A stretch of DNA of 64,000 nt from assembly GCA_973895155.1 (NCBI GenBank), contig OZ316897.1, forward strand, positions 9,261,832 through 9,325,831, in the 5' to 3' direction. Under the pieces are notes generated by a model. The model ran no database searches, was not told the DNA's origin, and was given only the letters and a program-made list of their open reading frames with translations. The DNA is from Marsupella aquatica (lineage: Eukaryota; Plantae; Marchantiophyta). Below, in pieces: positions 1 through 13,373 of the stretch. Every line of letters begins with the position of its first letter. The first letter of the stretch is position 1. The translations under genes were made by a program, and so were the position numbers.

Positions 1-1571
1 TGCCCAATGCCAGACGAGGACTCAGTTGAACATGTGCAGGATATGGGTGGGGAACCCATCATGCCCGGTTGTTTTCCCAGAGACCCAACTGCCAAAAGGA
101 CTTGGTAACCTGCCCAATGCCAGACAAGAATGGAGGTCACGGGTGGGAATGTCCTAACAGGGAAAGGACCAGCCATAGGAAAATTTGCGCATAAGACAGT
201 TTTACCCGAAGAAACTAGTTCCCAAACAGACTTGGTTGAAGAGAATCCTTGCTCGCTTTGCAGGTTTCATTTTCTCTTCTGATGGTTCAAACAGGGGGTT
301 CCTCACTTCTGGATATCATCCAGCCCACTGAAGGCAGTCTCTGAGCTGAAATGGTACCTTAAGTTCATTCTTGACTGCAAATCCAAATATATTCAAGCCA
401 TTATCTGAGACTAATGAGTTGGGACTTCAACAGTGAGGACCACCTTACGAATGAATAAGTTATCTTTGCATGGCTCACAGATAATGGGATGGACTTGTCA
501 TCATGTATGCCATTCCTGTACTCGTGTGATAGAAACTGACGCCATGATAGAAAGCACGGTGAGAGTGCTTGCTATTCCATATGTGTGCATGCAGCTTGAA
601 ACATTTGAATGTGGGTTGGTGCATTCGTTGTGTGGCAGAAGTAGGAGAGAAGTTGGAAGTTTTAATTCCTGTACAACGGCGATATACTGGATTCGATCCT
701 CACCTCTTTGGACCAGGAGGCGACGAGTGACATGAACTGTTTACGAGAGCCAACACCAATTTATCACGTAAAATTGGCGACATTGAGCACTCAATCATGG
801 GAATCCTTGGGAACCAACTCGGGCCCTTCAGAAATTGAACCCACATGTCATCCCACCTTGCATGCCACATGGCCTCCATCACTGTCTTAAATTGTCCTGT
901 TGAGTTGTGTCGATGGACCGAAACGTCCTTGGTACTTGCAGCAGATGCCTTGTCTTTAGTGTGAGCCACTTGGCATTTCACCCGGGAGGAGATTGCCCAC
1001 GGATTTGTAACTGGCCTTTCTTTCAGGTCATTTTTTAACACTTTTCACAGATGGTCAAAGGCTCTGACTTCTGACCCCAAGATCAAGCTACCAAGTGTTC
1101 GTCGCATTGATTAATAAAGGTAGTAGAGTCCAGAGGTATAACTGACGTGTGCAGTACTGCTTTATAAGAAACATAGCCTCATACTAATTGCCCGCGGCTG
1201 TCAAATGAGAACTAAAACTAGTCCAACCCACCCACTGCCATGATTGTCCAACGCATCCAGCGTGATAATCCAACCACTTCCATAATGCAATGCAAAGACT
1301 AGTGGTAATATTAGAGAATATACAACTGAAAGTACTGAGACCACGATGTGAAATGTCCCCAAGGTCCTTTGGCAAAATAAATATCCCTACAGGAACCAAT
1401 AGCAACACAAATAACTGTTCTCTGGAACTGAAATCAATTGAAAATGTGAGATGTAATCTCAAATTAACCCCACCTTCTTTTCAGAAGCACACGGATTCCT
1501 TGAGCTGGCGAGATTCCTCGTATAGAATTTTGGTACCCTGCAACTCCTTGAATGAGACAAACAAATGAAAC

Positions 1572-4185
1572 TCAACGACCCTCTGAAACTGACTCTGGAT
1601 CTGCATCTTCAATCTCCTGGTACTCGTCCGTTTTAGATTCAGTCCGAGGATACAACAAATAATGTTGTACGATGAATATAACATCAAATATAACCGATTC
1701 CTGCACACCAAGGTTCCACCGCATTCAAGGTTACAAACTAACGGAAATCACTTTCTACGGAGTCACAGACACATCTCATTGCACAATTCTGAATCAAACA
1801 GAAGAAAAAAATGTCAGACCTACATGAAAATTACGAAAACTAATCTAGATTATGACGTACCAGAGACAAGCCAATCTTGCCAACATTTCCGGTAAAATTT
1901 TGAAGAGAATCTGCACTCGAAAACAGGCATGGAGATCAGTTCTGTTCCACGAATCGGTCAGGAAAGTGAACCCCGAAGAAGCAAATCCTACGTGAAAAAG
2001 AAAGACCGAAGCAGAATTTAAAATCCAAACAAGAATGTACATACGTTGATCAATAGATAGAACACCCATTTGAGCGAAGTTTGAAATGCCTCCGGTTATG
2101 TCAAGAATGATGTTCCCTATACTCCAACCAACAGTGCTCTTCCTTTGATAATTAAAATACACCTGCCAAACCATGAAGCATGAGCACGAGACTTCATATT
2201 TTGGTGCATAGGCTTACTACTGCTAGAGGTATGATGGTGAATCGTGTAAGAAGTGAAGCCCTGGAACATTTAGCACCCAAAATTTCGTGGTCGTGGGGTG
2301 TTTGTGTACCTGTGGTATATACTTAATTGAAGTAAAAATCAGCTGTATTATACTGCAACGCACAGGATCAAAATTTGTCAGCACGTCACACGGGTCACCA
2401 AAATTCCTTCTTCAGTTATACTGGACTGATGATTTTCAGCTTTAAGCAGTAGAATTCCTATCACTGAAGACAATTCCCCAACACAGTCAGGTGAAGCAAA
2501 GCAACTCAGGTTCTGAGATAAAGAATGAGAGCTCTTACTTGAAGGCAGACACAAGCCACAGCCAATCACCCTTCGGCCAGGCAATGAAAAAAAGAATAAG
2601 AGCTGAGACCCATGCGATGGTCGTAAGGGAAGTGGCAGTTTGAGAAGCCTTCTGGCCTCCTCTCTGAGAATAACAAACTACAGATCAGTACTCTAGCTTC
2701 GAATAGCTGTCTGGGATGGACCAGAATACGCCACTACTGACGTACCAGTCCCCGTTCACTGCAAGCTCCACTCAACTACTAGACGGAACATCTACATGGG
2801 ACCCAGATTTTACCTACTTTCACTTCTTCGTCTTCCTTGAATATTCTCCTCTCCTGTATGTCTAACGGTAAAGAAAGATTTCAATACTTCAAATATGCAC
2901 CACACATACTTTGGGTGTTTGAGAAACCTACTCGGTCAACCAGACAGATGAAAACATTTCTACGAGTGACTTGGGACCGTTGCCGTGCACGCTGATTTGC
3001 AGGAAACCCAATTGTTGACTTCAATACAGAAAATAAGTACGAAGCCGAGCACATGAAACCGATGAACAGCCCATATTGAGCTTGGAGAACTCACATCATA
3101 GATCACAACTTGGTAGAGTGTGAAGCTTGTGAGAATTACAGCGTGTATCGAAAATGCGACATCACTAGGCGAAACTGGAATGAGCTGTTGCATTTGACAA
3201 GAAAATTAGCTTAGTCTGCCATGTAGTACGTAGTATGTATATATACGACAGAAACAGTTCTCATAGGACGACATTATAAAACAAAGACCCAGGATTCTCT
3301 CATATTGTTCGAGTCCCATGGACTCAAATGTGAGTCAATCAATAAACGATCCATCTGCCTTTGTACTCAAATTGCGTCAATTCATCAAGCAATCGATCTG
3401 TCATAAACTGTGAGTAAATCAATCAATCACAATCTACCTATGACTAAATGTCAGTTAGTCCATTGCGCATGTGAAAATCCAAAAATCAACAGCTTCAATT
3501 CCCATCAAAGAATGTTGATTCAAACCTCAGTTTCACCATACTTCTCACGGTATTGTTGTTGAACAACAGGGCTGAAGTACAGAGATGCATTATAAATCAA
3601 GTACGTCGAGTGCTTTGTGAAATTCAGAAGTAGGAAGTCCAAAGTGAGCCCGGTAACACTGCATGGATTTTCAAAAGGACCATAATTCAGTGAAAATAGG
3701 TCAGTTTGTAATAATTCAGGAGACCAAACCCGACGATTCACCCAATAGATTTATATGCCGTCCACCACGCTGGTCGCGCCATGTGCAACGCTTTGTCTCC
3801 AGGACCAGACGCATGTAGCTGACAGAGTCAGGTAAACTCAGAAGCGTTCCAGCAGAAGATCAATCAATTAGCTAGAAGGACGAAAGGAGGAAGGTCAGGA
3901 ACGAGAGCGGTGAGGACACAATCAATTAGTCAATTCCATCGCCACCATAGGGCTTCGTGAATGTCAGAAGTACTGGAGAAAGATTCCCAACTACAGAAAC
4001 GAGGCATCACAATGCACAGCTAAATGCTTCAGAGCGATGGCGTTGAGAACGAACCTTTTCCGTTTGTAATTGAGGAGGACCTGAGGGTAGAAACTGATGG
4101 ACCACACGATGAAAGCAAACCAGCCCAGGGACAGATACAGATAGTACAAGGCCGAGGAATGCCACTCGGCGTCGTCCCCCACCAT
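1572..4185 (-). CDS. CTNS: Cystinosin homolog (PQ-loop lysosomal/vacuolar cystine transporter), 8 exons, ~272 aa
   Basis: Exons 4185-4055, 3658-3526, 3184-3095, 2663-2539, 2352-2310, 2162-2045, 1910-1861 and 1700-1572 join with GT-AG introns into one frame (819 nt). Motifs: [70 protein letters not shown] (two PQ loops). Confidence 0.95.
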
Positions 4186-6619
4186 CTCTGCTTTCGAAAA
4201 ACTCTGCCGTGCGCTTCTCTCTCTGTTTTCCTGCCACTCACTCACTCACCAACAAAGCAATTGTTGTAGTTTCTCGTTTGTGACAAGAGAAAGGTTTCAA
4301 GGTCGGTGGACTGTTTCGGCTCCCAGACCTTCTCTTTGGCTCTCACAAGGCTTCTTCATATCTGCCAGAACCAATTTTTCGTTGCTTTTTCCTACCCTTT
4401 CTCCATCTCTCGCTGAAGGGTCCTGTGCATTCATTTCATCTGGTCATCTTCCATCCAACACAGAGAGATTCGAGGCACGCCACTTTCTTCTTCCAGATTC
4501 TGCGGGCTGTAGCTGTAAATAATAACTAAACTATATTTCCTTCACGTTTCTGCTTCATTGAGAAACGATTTTTACTCAGGGTGTCTTTACAGGAAGTCTC
4601 GGCCATTTATTGTCCTCTTTTCATTCTCATTTGCTTTAAACCACCACTGTCCATATAAAAGGAGAAGTGTTCAAGACTCCACTCTCCTCTAGTCTGAGAC
4701 TTTGCTCCATAATTTCAGGAAAAGACTAAAAATGGTTCAGAAAAAGTATACTAAAAGTTTCACCTGGTTTTGTCATGGACAGTGGCGCTTTAAGATTAAA
4801 TCTGGACCCTAGAATAAGTGAAAAAAAAGCTGCAATTCGCAGTACAAAACTATTATTCCTTCTCGGTTCTCTATTGTATCTGGACCCCTTCAATGAGTGA
4901 ATATGGCTACAATTGGCTTTAAAAGAAAGGGGACCCCATTAGTCTAGTTGAGAAGCTGTTATTCCGGTTCCTGTTTCATTGAGAAACTATTATTACTCAG
5001 GGTGACTTCCCAATAAGTCTTGGCCCACTGCCTTCTCTTTATTCACTCCAACTGTAAAATCTGGATTGCATACTTTGTGCAAATAGGTATAGTGAATGAA
5101 AACGGCTGCAATTGGCTTTACAAGAAGCGGTCCATTACTGTAGTAGTTGGGAAACACATATTCTTTCCGCTTCTCTAAGATAAAGCTGGACTTATCCCAA
5201 CCATTAGATAAGCCAAAAGAGTGCTCTGAATGAAGGAAAAAATTGCCTATTGTTGCATCTTGCCTGAGCCTTGTTTCCCTCAATTGCACTCCCTCCTCAC
5301 TGAATGATTTTTTAAACAGGCTGGTCCAGGCTTGGCACTTTTCTGCATGTGCGGAACCCATTTTCACTCCTTATACTCCCTTCACTTCACTCCTCTGCCT
5401 GCCATGCTCCCTCTTGGCGTCATGAACTGGGCAGTCCCAGAATGAACCCATGCTATTTCTGAAGTAACACTATTTCCTTGTACATAAAATGAAATAATAC
5501 TAACTATATTTAGAGTGAATAACTACCTTCTTCAATTATTAGCGTTACAAGGAAATAGCGTTAGCTCAAATAGCTCAAAAAGAAAGCCTAGTGTTGTATT
5601 CAAGTTTTGGTGAAGGAGTTTGCAAAAGTCAGAGCTTCAGGGCATTCTAATCAGGAATTTGGTGATGTGGCTCATGAGGCATTTCCAATTCAATCCAATA
5701 CTCAAATAGCATATTTTGTATTAGGACACCCCACTTCACCAGCCCTATTAGTGAACATTATGAGAGAGGCCTGGACACAATATTTGGGAGTGTTTTAGGT
5801 TGCCAAAATGGGTGCCTGGATACATTGCAATAGAGTGCCTCGGTCAGAGTGGCATACACTCTATTGCACTTGATCTTCTATTTGACCAGAAACCACTTTT
5901 TCCTCTGGAAGCCTTTTATTGCTTTTAGAAACCCATGCTTTTTTTTAGAGACAGTAGTTTACACTAGTTGTAACATATTAATGCCAAGTTATACCACATG
6001 GTGTGTCTACTTTACAACAAGTACACCTGTTAATTTATACCATAAAATTTGGCTAGTTCAAACCACCTGCACCGTGCACTGTTTAATCGTGAATACATTG
6101 TTATTAGTATTAGTGGTCCTTTTGGAAACACACAGAAATTAAAGTTACTTTTGGGAAATTTAGATGTTCACCTTAATTAGTGGTACCCATGCTAATTGTA
6201 ACCCTATTTGGTTACCAAGACTCTTTGCGGTGAAGAATCAGATTGTTTCCATAAATGGTAAGTGATTACTATAACAAGTGCAACAAGAGAGCAAACCTGA
6301 CTGTCCTGTTAGAGGGGGTCCATTTGGAAACTTTGAAATTTATAGGGCTCATCAGCACAAGTTCTCCCAATCACAAGGGATTAAAGCTGATCTCCAGGCT
6401 ACTTAATCCTACATGGCATATGTTTAGCCAGTGACAGTGTCCACTGCTTGGATCCTGTCCGTCTTGGGTTTCATGGTAAATGTCATGGGCGGATGGGGTG
6501 TTACATCAAGATTGGCGGAGAGGAAAGCATTGGTTGCTTTTGGTGGGAAGGCAGGCGAGGTTTAAATTGCCTGAAAACTTTTCTCTTCAACACAAACTCC
6601 ACCCCTATCTTTTTCCTTT

Positions 6620-7003
6620 GAACACAACACTTGGGCGTTGTGTTCAAAAATGGATTTTTCTGGTCACCATAAGAAAAAGTATTTTTTCTTCAAACACAAT
6701 GTCATTTTAACACAGCGCCCGGGCATTGTGTTTGACTATTGGCGTTGTGTTCGAGATTTGACCCTAAACTATTCTACGTTGAGGACAAATAGTAAAAAAT
6801 TCAAGAATCATATGTCAATGTCAATATTCAAACACAACGTCAATATTTGAACACAATGCCCATTTTCAAACACAATACCCTACAAATACAAAAAATGAAA
6901 AGTAACACATAGTTAAAACTTGAATACAATGCCCCGGGCGCACTATTCAAATAGAGCGCCCCATGGCCTACTATTCAAATCCAACGCCATGGCGTTGTGT
7001 TCA
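6620..7003. repeat. Cluster of short palindromic AACACAA/TTGTGTT repeats, probable non-autonomous DNA-transposon remnant
   Basis: Repeated gaacacaac..ggcgttgtgttc-type units in both orientations, e.g. 6620-6645, 6709-6732, 6923-6947. Confidence 0.5.
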
Positions 7004-7012
7004 GGGGAAGAC

Positions 7013-7451
7013 GGTAGTGGGGTACACCCAAATCCCTTTCTCACTTGGAAAACTTTTGTGGGGGAAAAAGATGTCCCCCACCTTGTCAGACAGCTCAAGG
7101 GAACAAGCTAGGCAGCCAAGGTTCAAGGTTCATAAAGCACTGTTGCAAACCACAACTGGCTTTGAGGCAAAACTCAGAACCTGCAAACTCCATAAAGAGT
7201 GTATATTGTTGGATTTCAGTTGACAATAGGGTGTCTTGAATTCAATTCAATTCAATTCAATTCAAAGCCATTGGTTCAAAGGAGGATCTAGTTTTGTCCC
7301 GCACTTTCAGTCCTCATTGGCTTCTTTTGACAGCAGGCATTAGTTGCTCAATAGAGGGCTAAGGCACTAACTACTCTAGTCGGACTAAGACAGTTGGTTT
7401 TAGCGTTACAGTTTTCCAAGTGACAAAGGGATTTGGGTGTACCCCACTACC
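7013..7451. mobile_element. MITE-like element with 41-bp terminal inverted repeats
   Basis: 7013-7053 (ggtagtggggtacacccaaatccctttctcacttggaaaac) is the reverse complement of 7411-7451 with 1 mismatch. Interior is non-coding. No clear TSD. Confidence 0.6.
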
Positions 7452-9289
7452 AAGTGACAAACTTACTTCAGAACTCTAGCAGGCTTTTGTAGCTCAGTAG
7501 GGCTTTAGTTCTTTTGTCATTATTTGTGACCATGGGGCTGGTTGGCTCTTGCATGTTTTGACTCTGGTCAATGTGGTTTTTCTTTTCTTTTCCTCCCTTT
7601 ATTGGGTTTCTTGCCTATCTCAAGGTATGGCGACTTTTGTTATGTGGCGGTGTTTTATCAATTTTGGTTTATCCTAACTAGGTTTTATGAAACAAAAAAA
7701 AGCCAAAAAAAAAACTTCCCCCTGTCGTATGCCCAGGAAATGCTCAAATGGTCTGCGTTGTGTCTCCTCACACTAAGATACAACTGCACAGGGTGACCGG
7801 GGGGGGACCGACGAAAAACGTGAAGTGTGACCGGACTGACCGATCTTCGGGGAAACTGGGGACACAGTCCGGTACTGTACACTGTACTGGAGACTTGCGC
7901 AAGTTGGGAACCGAGTTAGGGACAGAGCTGAAGGCCCTCTGTCCCCTCGGGAATATGGAAACCCTAATCAAACCATAGGGGCGGTCGATTTCGGCCCCGT
8001 ACCAACGATAGTACGGCATATCAGTTCAGTACTGTACAAAAGACGTAACGCGAAGTCGACGTTCACCGATGAGTAAAACTGGTATGGCGTCAAGAAAAGG
8101 AAAAGAGGTACGGTAATTGCAAACATTCACTTCAACAGGTTCTGGGAACAACTAATTAATTATTGAAATTTGAAAGCCTCAGATAAATTTATTTATTTAT
8201 TCTTGGAAGGGGGCACTACTACTTTACTTATGAGAAGTCAAACCCAATTTAATTTAAGTACCGAAACCCCAAGAAATCAATTTATCTTCCTATATAATCA
8301 CAAACAAAACTTTACGGCTACTGTCTAGAGTGAAACCTCTAGACCTTAACTCAAATAAAGATAAAATATATAATGACTCTGAATAAGACAAATTAAAAAG
8401 GTAAAAAACTTCAGGTATGCAAAGATAACGGAAAAGAGTATAGGTTTTTTTTCAATTTTTTTTGTTTTTAATTCTATTTAAGTTCAAGGAACGGGTAGTT
8501 CAGGCTAGTATTGTAGGAATGTTCTGATCATTGTGATGCAAAACACTGATATATCAGTGTAGTGCTGAAACAGATACCCTGATTTCTTGCACAGTTCACA
8601 TGGACCCCAAAGAAACTGTATTTTTTTGCTCAGATGATACAAGTTACACTAGATAGTAAAACATGACAATAAAACAAGATAGCCCATCTTTAAGAAATAG
8701 TACTTCTCTCAATATTAGACTAGTTAGAAAGCTCTTTCTTAACCAAGGCCAAATGAGAGGAAGAAGTACCATTTTGATTGAGTATCAAGGTATATATTGT
8801 TATATTGATGAGGAAGATGAAAATTTTTGGAATCCTGGAAAGTGTAGCGTGAGTAGGGTGTAAGAGTTGGAAATTCTTGGCTAATCTCAATTCTGAATGA
8901 ATTACACTTCAAAAGAAACGTTTCTTGTGGTCATGTGTATAATTTTGTCTGGAGTAACAACCTTATTCCCTCCCCAATTTGTGTATTGACTATCTCCTTT
9001 GAAAAGCAGGTGTCTATTGGAGTCACTAAAGGACAACAAAACTTGGGAGCTTGCATGTTAAATTGCTTGAGGGTCAACAAGTGGTGGACAATAAGTGAAT
9101 TTACAAACTGAAGAATCAAAACACAGGAGGTGAATCAAAGGTCTACAAGGTTAGGTTGGTAATCACGCATGAGAAATGTGTGTATTACAATGAAATCTTC
9201 TCACCACTTGCTAAATACTCTGCAATATAACTATTGTGTGTATTTGTTGTTATGTTTGGTCTGTTACTAGATAAGATGAATGTTGTCAT

Positions 9290-10037
9290 AACTTTCCTCT
9301 ATGACACCTTGGAATATTTTCATGAGACAACCACTAGATTTTTGAGCTAGTCAAGATTAATGGTAAACTCAACCCGGTTGACGCCTTTACGAAAATGATT
9401 CCTTTGGAGAGTTTTTCTAGACACTGCGACATGTTGCAAGTTTTGCAATTGTGTCACAAGTAGGGTTTTCTTAACATTCGTTGTAATTATTGATATATTT
9501 TCTCCCTTATTCCCATGTATTAGGCTACGGTTTAGTTCTTGTTTGCTCTAGTAGAGAGGAGAAACCGGTTTGATTTTTGTCCAGAAGTTCCCGATGATGA
9601 ATCATATAGGATAGCATAATTACCCGGCTCCCCTATACCAGAGTCAAGGGAAGATTGTTAGGTGTTTACTCTTAGGTCTTAGGTTATGACATGTAACCAT
9701 AGTTAGGCTAATCATAGTTGGAGATGTGGTTAGGCTAAGTAAGTTGCACATTATATCCTAAGAGGTGTTTGCTTGGATAAGGGGAACTAATGCCTCATTG
9801 TTACAAAGCCACTTGAGAGATAAGGAGAGCTTACGTTGTGGAGACTTGATATGGCCGACAGGCGTACAGTTAAGTAAATCTCTCTTGTGTGTGCCTGTGA
9901 ACGTAGCCTCAAGGAGGTGAACCACATATTTCTTGTGTTGACCACTTGTTTTTTGAATGTGTCATGGGCTTACAGTTATGAATGTCGTTTATGCTCAACA
10001 TGACCGAGCCCAAATATCATTTTTCACTGACATAACA
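9290..10037 (+). mobile_element. Truncated Ty1/Copia retrotransposon: RNase H C-terminus, PPT and 3' LTR
   Basis: ~9353-9463 translates KINGKLNPVDAFTKMIPLESFSRHCDMLQV* (Copia RNase H end, NPAD.LTK-like). Purine tract aagggaaga precedes TG at 9656. Candidate LTR tgtta...taaca 9656-10037 (alternative end 10085). Confidence 0.75.
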
Positions 10038-10738
10038 CCTATTACAATTTTGTCTAAATCCTAGTCCAAATCGTGACCTATAACATTGTGCAAACCGGTT
10101 GTAGTAAGTAGTTTGTCCGCTGTAAGTCAATTGTTCATTGTGAAGTGTTGTCCCAAATCTATGAAGCTTCTGCCCCTGACTGCTTTCCTTTGCATTATTG
10201 TTGCAACTATTTTTTGTAAGTTTCTCAATCAGTTATTGCTAAGCAGATGCAAGAGGCAGTAGACTGTGACAACTGAAGGCAAGTGTGGACATTGAGCCAC
10301 AATGGCGACCGGCCGCAACAGCAAGATAAGCTTCTTTGTAAGTACGTGGTGCTTGAACTGAGAGGATTTGGGTTGAGTTTCTTTAGTTTATCATCTTGAT
10401 TAATTAAGTATAAGGTGATCAGCACTAACCCCACACAAGAACAATCATCTCATCCATAGAGCCATTCAGTAAACTGTCACTTAAATATGCTGAGTCTCTT
10501 TACTATCAGTTGTGCCTCATCTTTTAGAACCGTAACTTTCTTAAGCTTGGTCCATCCCGGCTTCAAGTTTGATAAAACTCACAAGTGTTTTATGACTAAA
10601 TGACTCGTATATTCGAGCCAGGGGATCAAACTTGATTGATATGTAACAAGACTTTACAACTACAGTAAATGACTCGTATATTTGAGCCTGAGTAATGAAT
10701 AAGTAGAATCAGTCAAGGGTAAGTGTCTATTATTAATC

Positions 10739-10774
10739 CCTGCATTTCCTGCATTTCCTGCATTTCCTGCATTT
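10739..10774. repeat. (CCTGCATTT)4 microsatellite
   Basis: Four direct 9-bp copies. Confidence 0.9.
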
Positions 10775-11863
10775 TCGTACAACTGTATCGTTGGGTGGAC
10801 CGAGCATATTGTTGGTACGGTAACTAAAACCTTCCTGTAAATTACGGCGCTGTGCCTGGTTGTTTACCTCTGGTTGTGGGTTGTGGGGGGCCAGGGCCTC
10901 CTGCCCGGCCGTCGTCGCAAGTTGCGCCGGGCAGTAGGACTGGTGATGCCGCAGCTCAGGGCACTCATCATCAAGCAAAGCACAATCCGCCGGAACAGTA
11001 CCCGAGCCGCCGGGAAACAGCCAACGCCGACTCGACGCGGCGGTTTCACGAGCGAGCTGCGTGTTGCCAGTTTCCCATGTGTCTCTCTGTCTCTCGTCGT
11101 TCGATCGTTTTTTCGCTCGCTCGTTCTTCGATGCGGAAGGAGTGAAGGAGTGGAGGAGTTCTCCACGGATGATGGCCCAGGGTTTCTTCTGTTGAGGAGA
11201 GAGAGAGAGAGAGAGAGAAGCAGACCAGGGATCGCGTCGGAGGTCGAGTCTGGGACGAATCATCAGTGTGTGTGGCTCTTGTTTCCCACTCGAAGCAGCA
11301 ATTGCGTGCAGAGAACTGTAGAGTAGTGACTAGAGAGAGGTCGAGCGAGGCTCGTGCGAGGCACGCGCAGAACTGATCGGTTCTGAGCGGGTTTTTGTGT
11401 GCCTCTGCTAAAACCCTGGGCGGGTTCTTGTGCCGCTGCTGCTGCTGCTGCCTCGACGGCGGTGCTGTCCTCTCTGACTCTTTTCACTCTACGGCGTAAT
11501 CCATCATTTTATCCCTAGACCCAACCCTGGCCTCCAGTGCTTTAGTGCTCTCCATGGTCACCGGAGAAGCTGTGTGATTGCTCGGAGTGTGAAGTTTGGG
11601 GCGGCTGGGTTTTTGCTCCTCTGGTAGTAAGCGAGGGATCTTGGCCGTTTGAGCCGTCGTGGCTGCTTGCTGACTCCTTTCCTCAAGCCAGGGAACAACG
11701 GAGATTTATGTGAATGCTTCCGTCGCATTTCTCCTTTTACGCGCAGCTCGTGTTGCTATCCACTTCTTCTCTCTCTTTGCTTTGGTCCTCGCCTTTTCCC
11801 TGGAGCGGTAGCGTGCGCTATACTAGACGCGACTATTCCATAGCCCGTGGCAGCTCGAGCGGC

Positions 11864-13217
11864 ATGGTAAGGATACCTAGATCATCTCTTCGTTTGACTC
11901 TGTGCTCGTGAGGTGACGATGGCATCCGGGGGGTTTGCGTACGATAGTGAAAGTTGTTGTCTGGGACGCGACACATATCTGCTGATCATTGGTTGTTCTA
12001 TAGATTGTGGTGGAGTGCGCTAAGCCCTGTCGCGTTCGAGGTTTTGCAGGGTTTTGTGCTTGGGAGGGATTTAGGGGATTATGCTAATGTGCTCATGGTC
12101 TGTGTACTTCTCAGGGGTCCGAAGCACTAAACCCGAGGGCCTATCCGCTTGCGGATTCGCAGCTGACAATCACGATCATGGACATCGTTCAGCAGGCGGC
12201 CAACTACCGGCAGCTTAAGAAGGGCGCCAATGAAGGTATTATTAGATTTATGGGCCCAGTCGTTAAACTCCATCTATCATCCTCTGCGGGGTGCAAATCT
12301 TGTGTTCTGCTAGATAGGTGCCGAAATTAACTTGCCTTCGAGACGTTTAACGTAGGTCTCTTCTCGAGATTACTTTGGTGGGAACTCTTGTCTTTGTCTA
12401 TAGCGTGTTGACTTGACATTGATTGGCTGACGCCAATGAATCGCTTGCTGCAGCTACCAAGACTCTCAACCGAGGCATTGCGGAGTTTGTTGTCATGGCA
12501 GCGGATACTGAACCCTTGGAAATCTTGCTCCACTTGCCTCTACTTGCCGAAGACAAGGTTGGTTCATTTCTTCGACTGGAGTTTAGTTTTTTATGCCAGT
12601 GTCGGCTAGGGTTTAGTCCTGCGGATGCTGGCTCTTGGGTTCAAGCATCATAAGTTTGTTATACTTTTGTCGGACTACTAAGCAGAGTATCTCGGATAAC
12701 AGCTGGTGTGTAACCTTGTTCACCCCGTTGGAGGTCTCTGTTAAAGTCTGTTCGGGTTAGGAAGGTTTATCGGTATTAGCTTGGATTAACATTGCATTCG
12801 CGTGATGTCATTTTGCTGTAGAACGTGCCGTACGTATTCGTTCCGTCCAAGCAAGCTCTGGGCAGAGCATGTGGGGTTTCAAGACCTGTGATTGCGTGCT
12901 CTGTCACATCGAACGAAGGAAGCCAATTGAAATCACAAATTCAGCAACTCAAGGTGGGTATCAATCTCTCGCTTGAATTAACATTATCACGCGTTTTTCA
13001 TTACGTGTGGTGATCCATTGATCGCGAGAGGCAGGGAGGTTGGTTGGAGTCGGTGTTATTTAGAAGTTGGAGTGAACAATCTCGCCTAGAACTGGAACGA
13101 CAGAAGGACACATTAGTCCTTTACAGAGTTTCCCGTTCGTAACATGTTGGGCAAGGATTTGACTCATGTGTTCGTTCCTTGTGTTTGCAGGATGCTATCG
13201 AAAGGCTGCTTATCTGA
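11864..13217 (+). CDS. SNU13: SNU13/NHP2L1 (15.5K) L7Ae-family K-turn-binding protein, 128 aa, 5 coding exons
   Basis: Exons 11864-11866 (ATG only), 12115-12235, 12454-12557, 12822-12953, 13191-13217 total 387 nt. Protein: [128 protein letters not shown]. Confidence 0.97.
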
Positions 13218-13373
13218 GCGGCTTCTGGTAGCTGAGAAGGTTGCTCGTGTTGTGCTGTTCTTAATAGACGTGTCCCCATGAGGATTTGCTCTTCAGTTGA
13301 TCCAGAGTGAGGCTCAAGCAAATGTTTTAAGATCGTCGGCTATATTTCTCTCGTAAGTTGTTTAGTTTCTTTG

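Noticed and set aside
7900-8100. Telomerase RNA (AAACCCTAA as template)
   Set aside because: No convincing USE/TATA type-3 promoter, pseudoknot or oligo-T terminator is visible. The motif is equally a common telo-box.
10612-10633. Resemblance to the reverse complement of the 16S rRNA 5' end (gagccaggggatcaaact)
   Set aside because: Short, gapped, and without flanking rRNA similarity.
10733-11487. Overlapping 74-176 aa ORFs upstream of SNU13
   Set aside because: GC-rich promoter/5'-UTR sequence with microsatellites and no recognisable domains.
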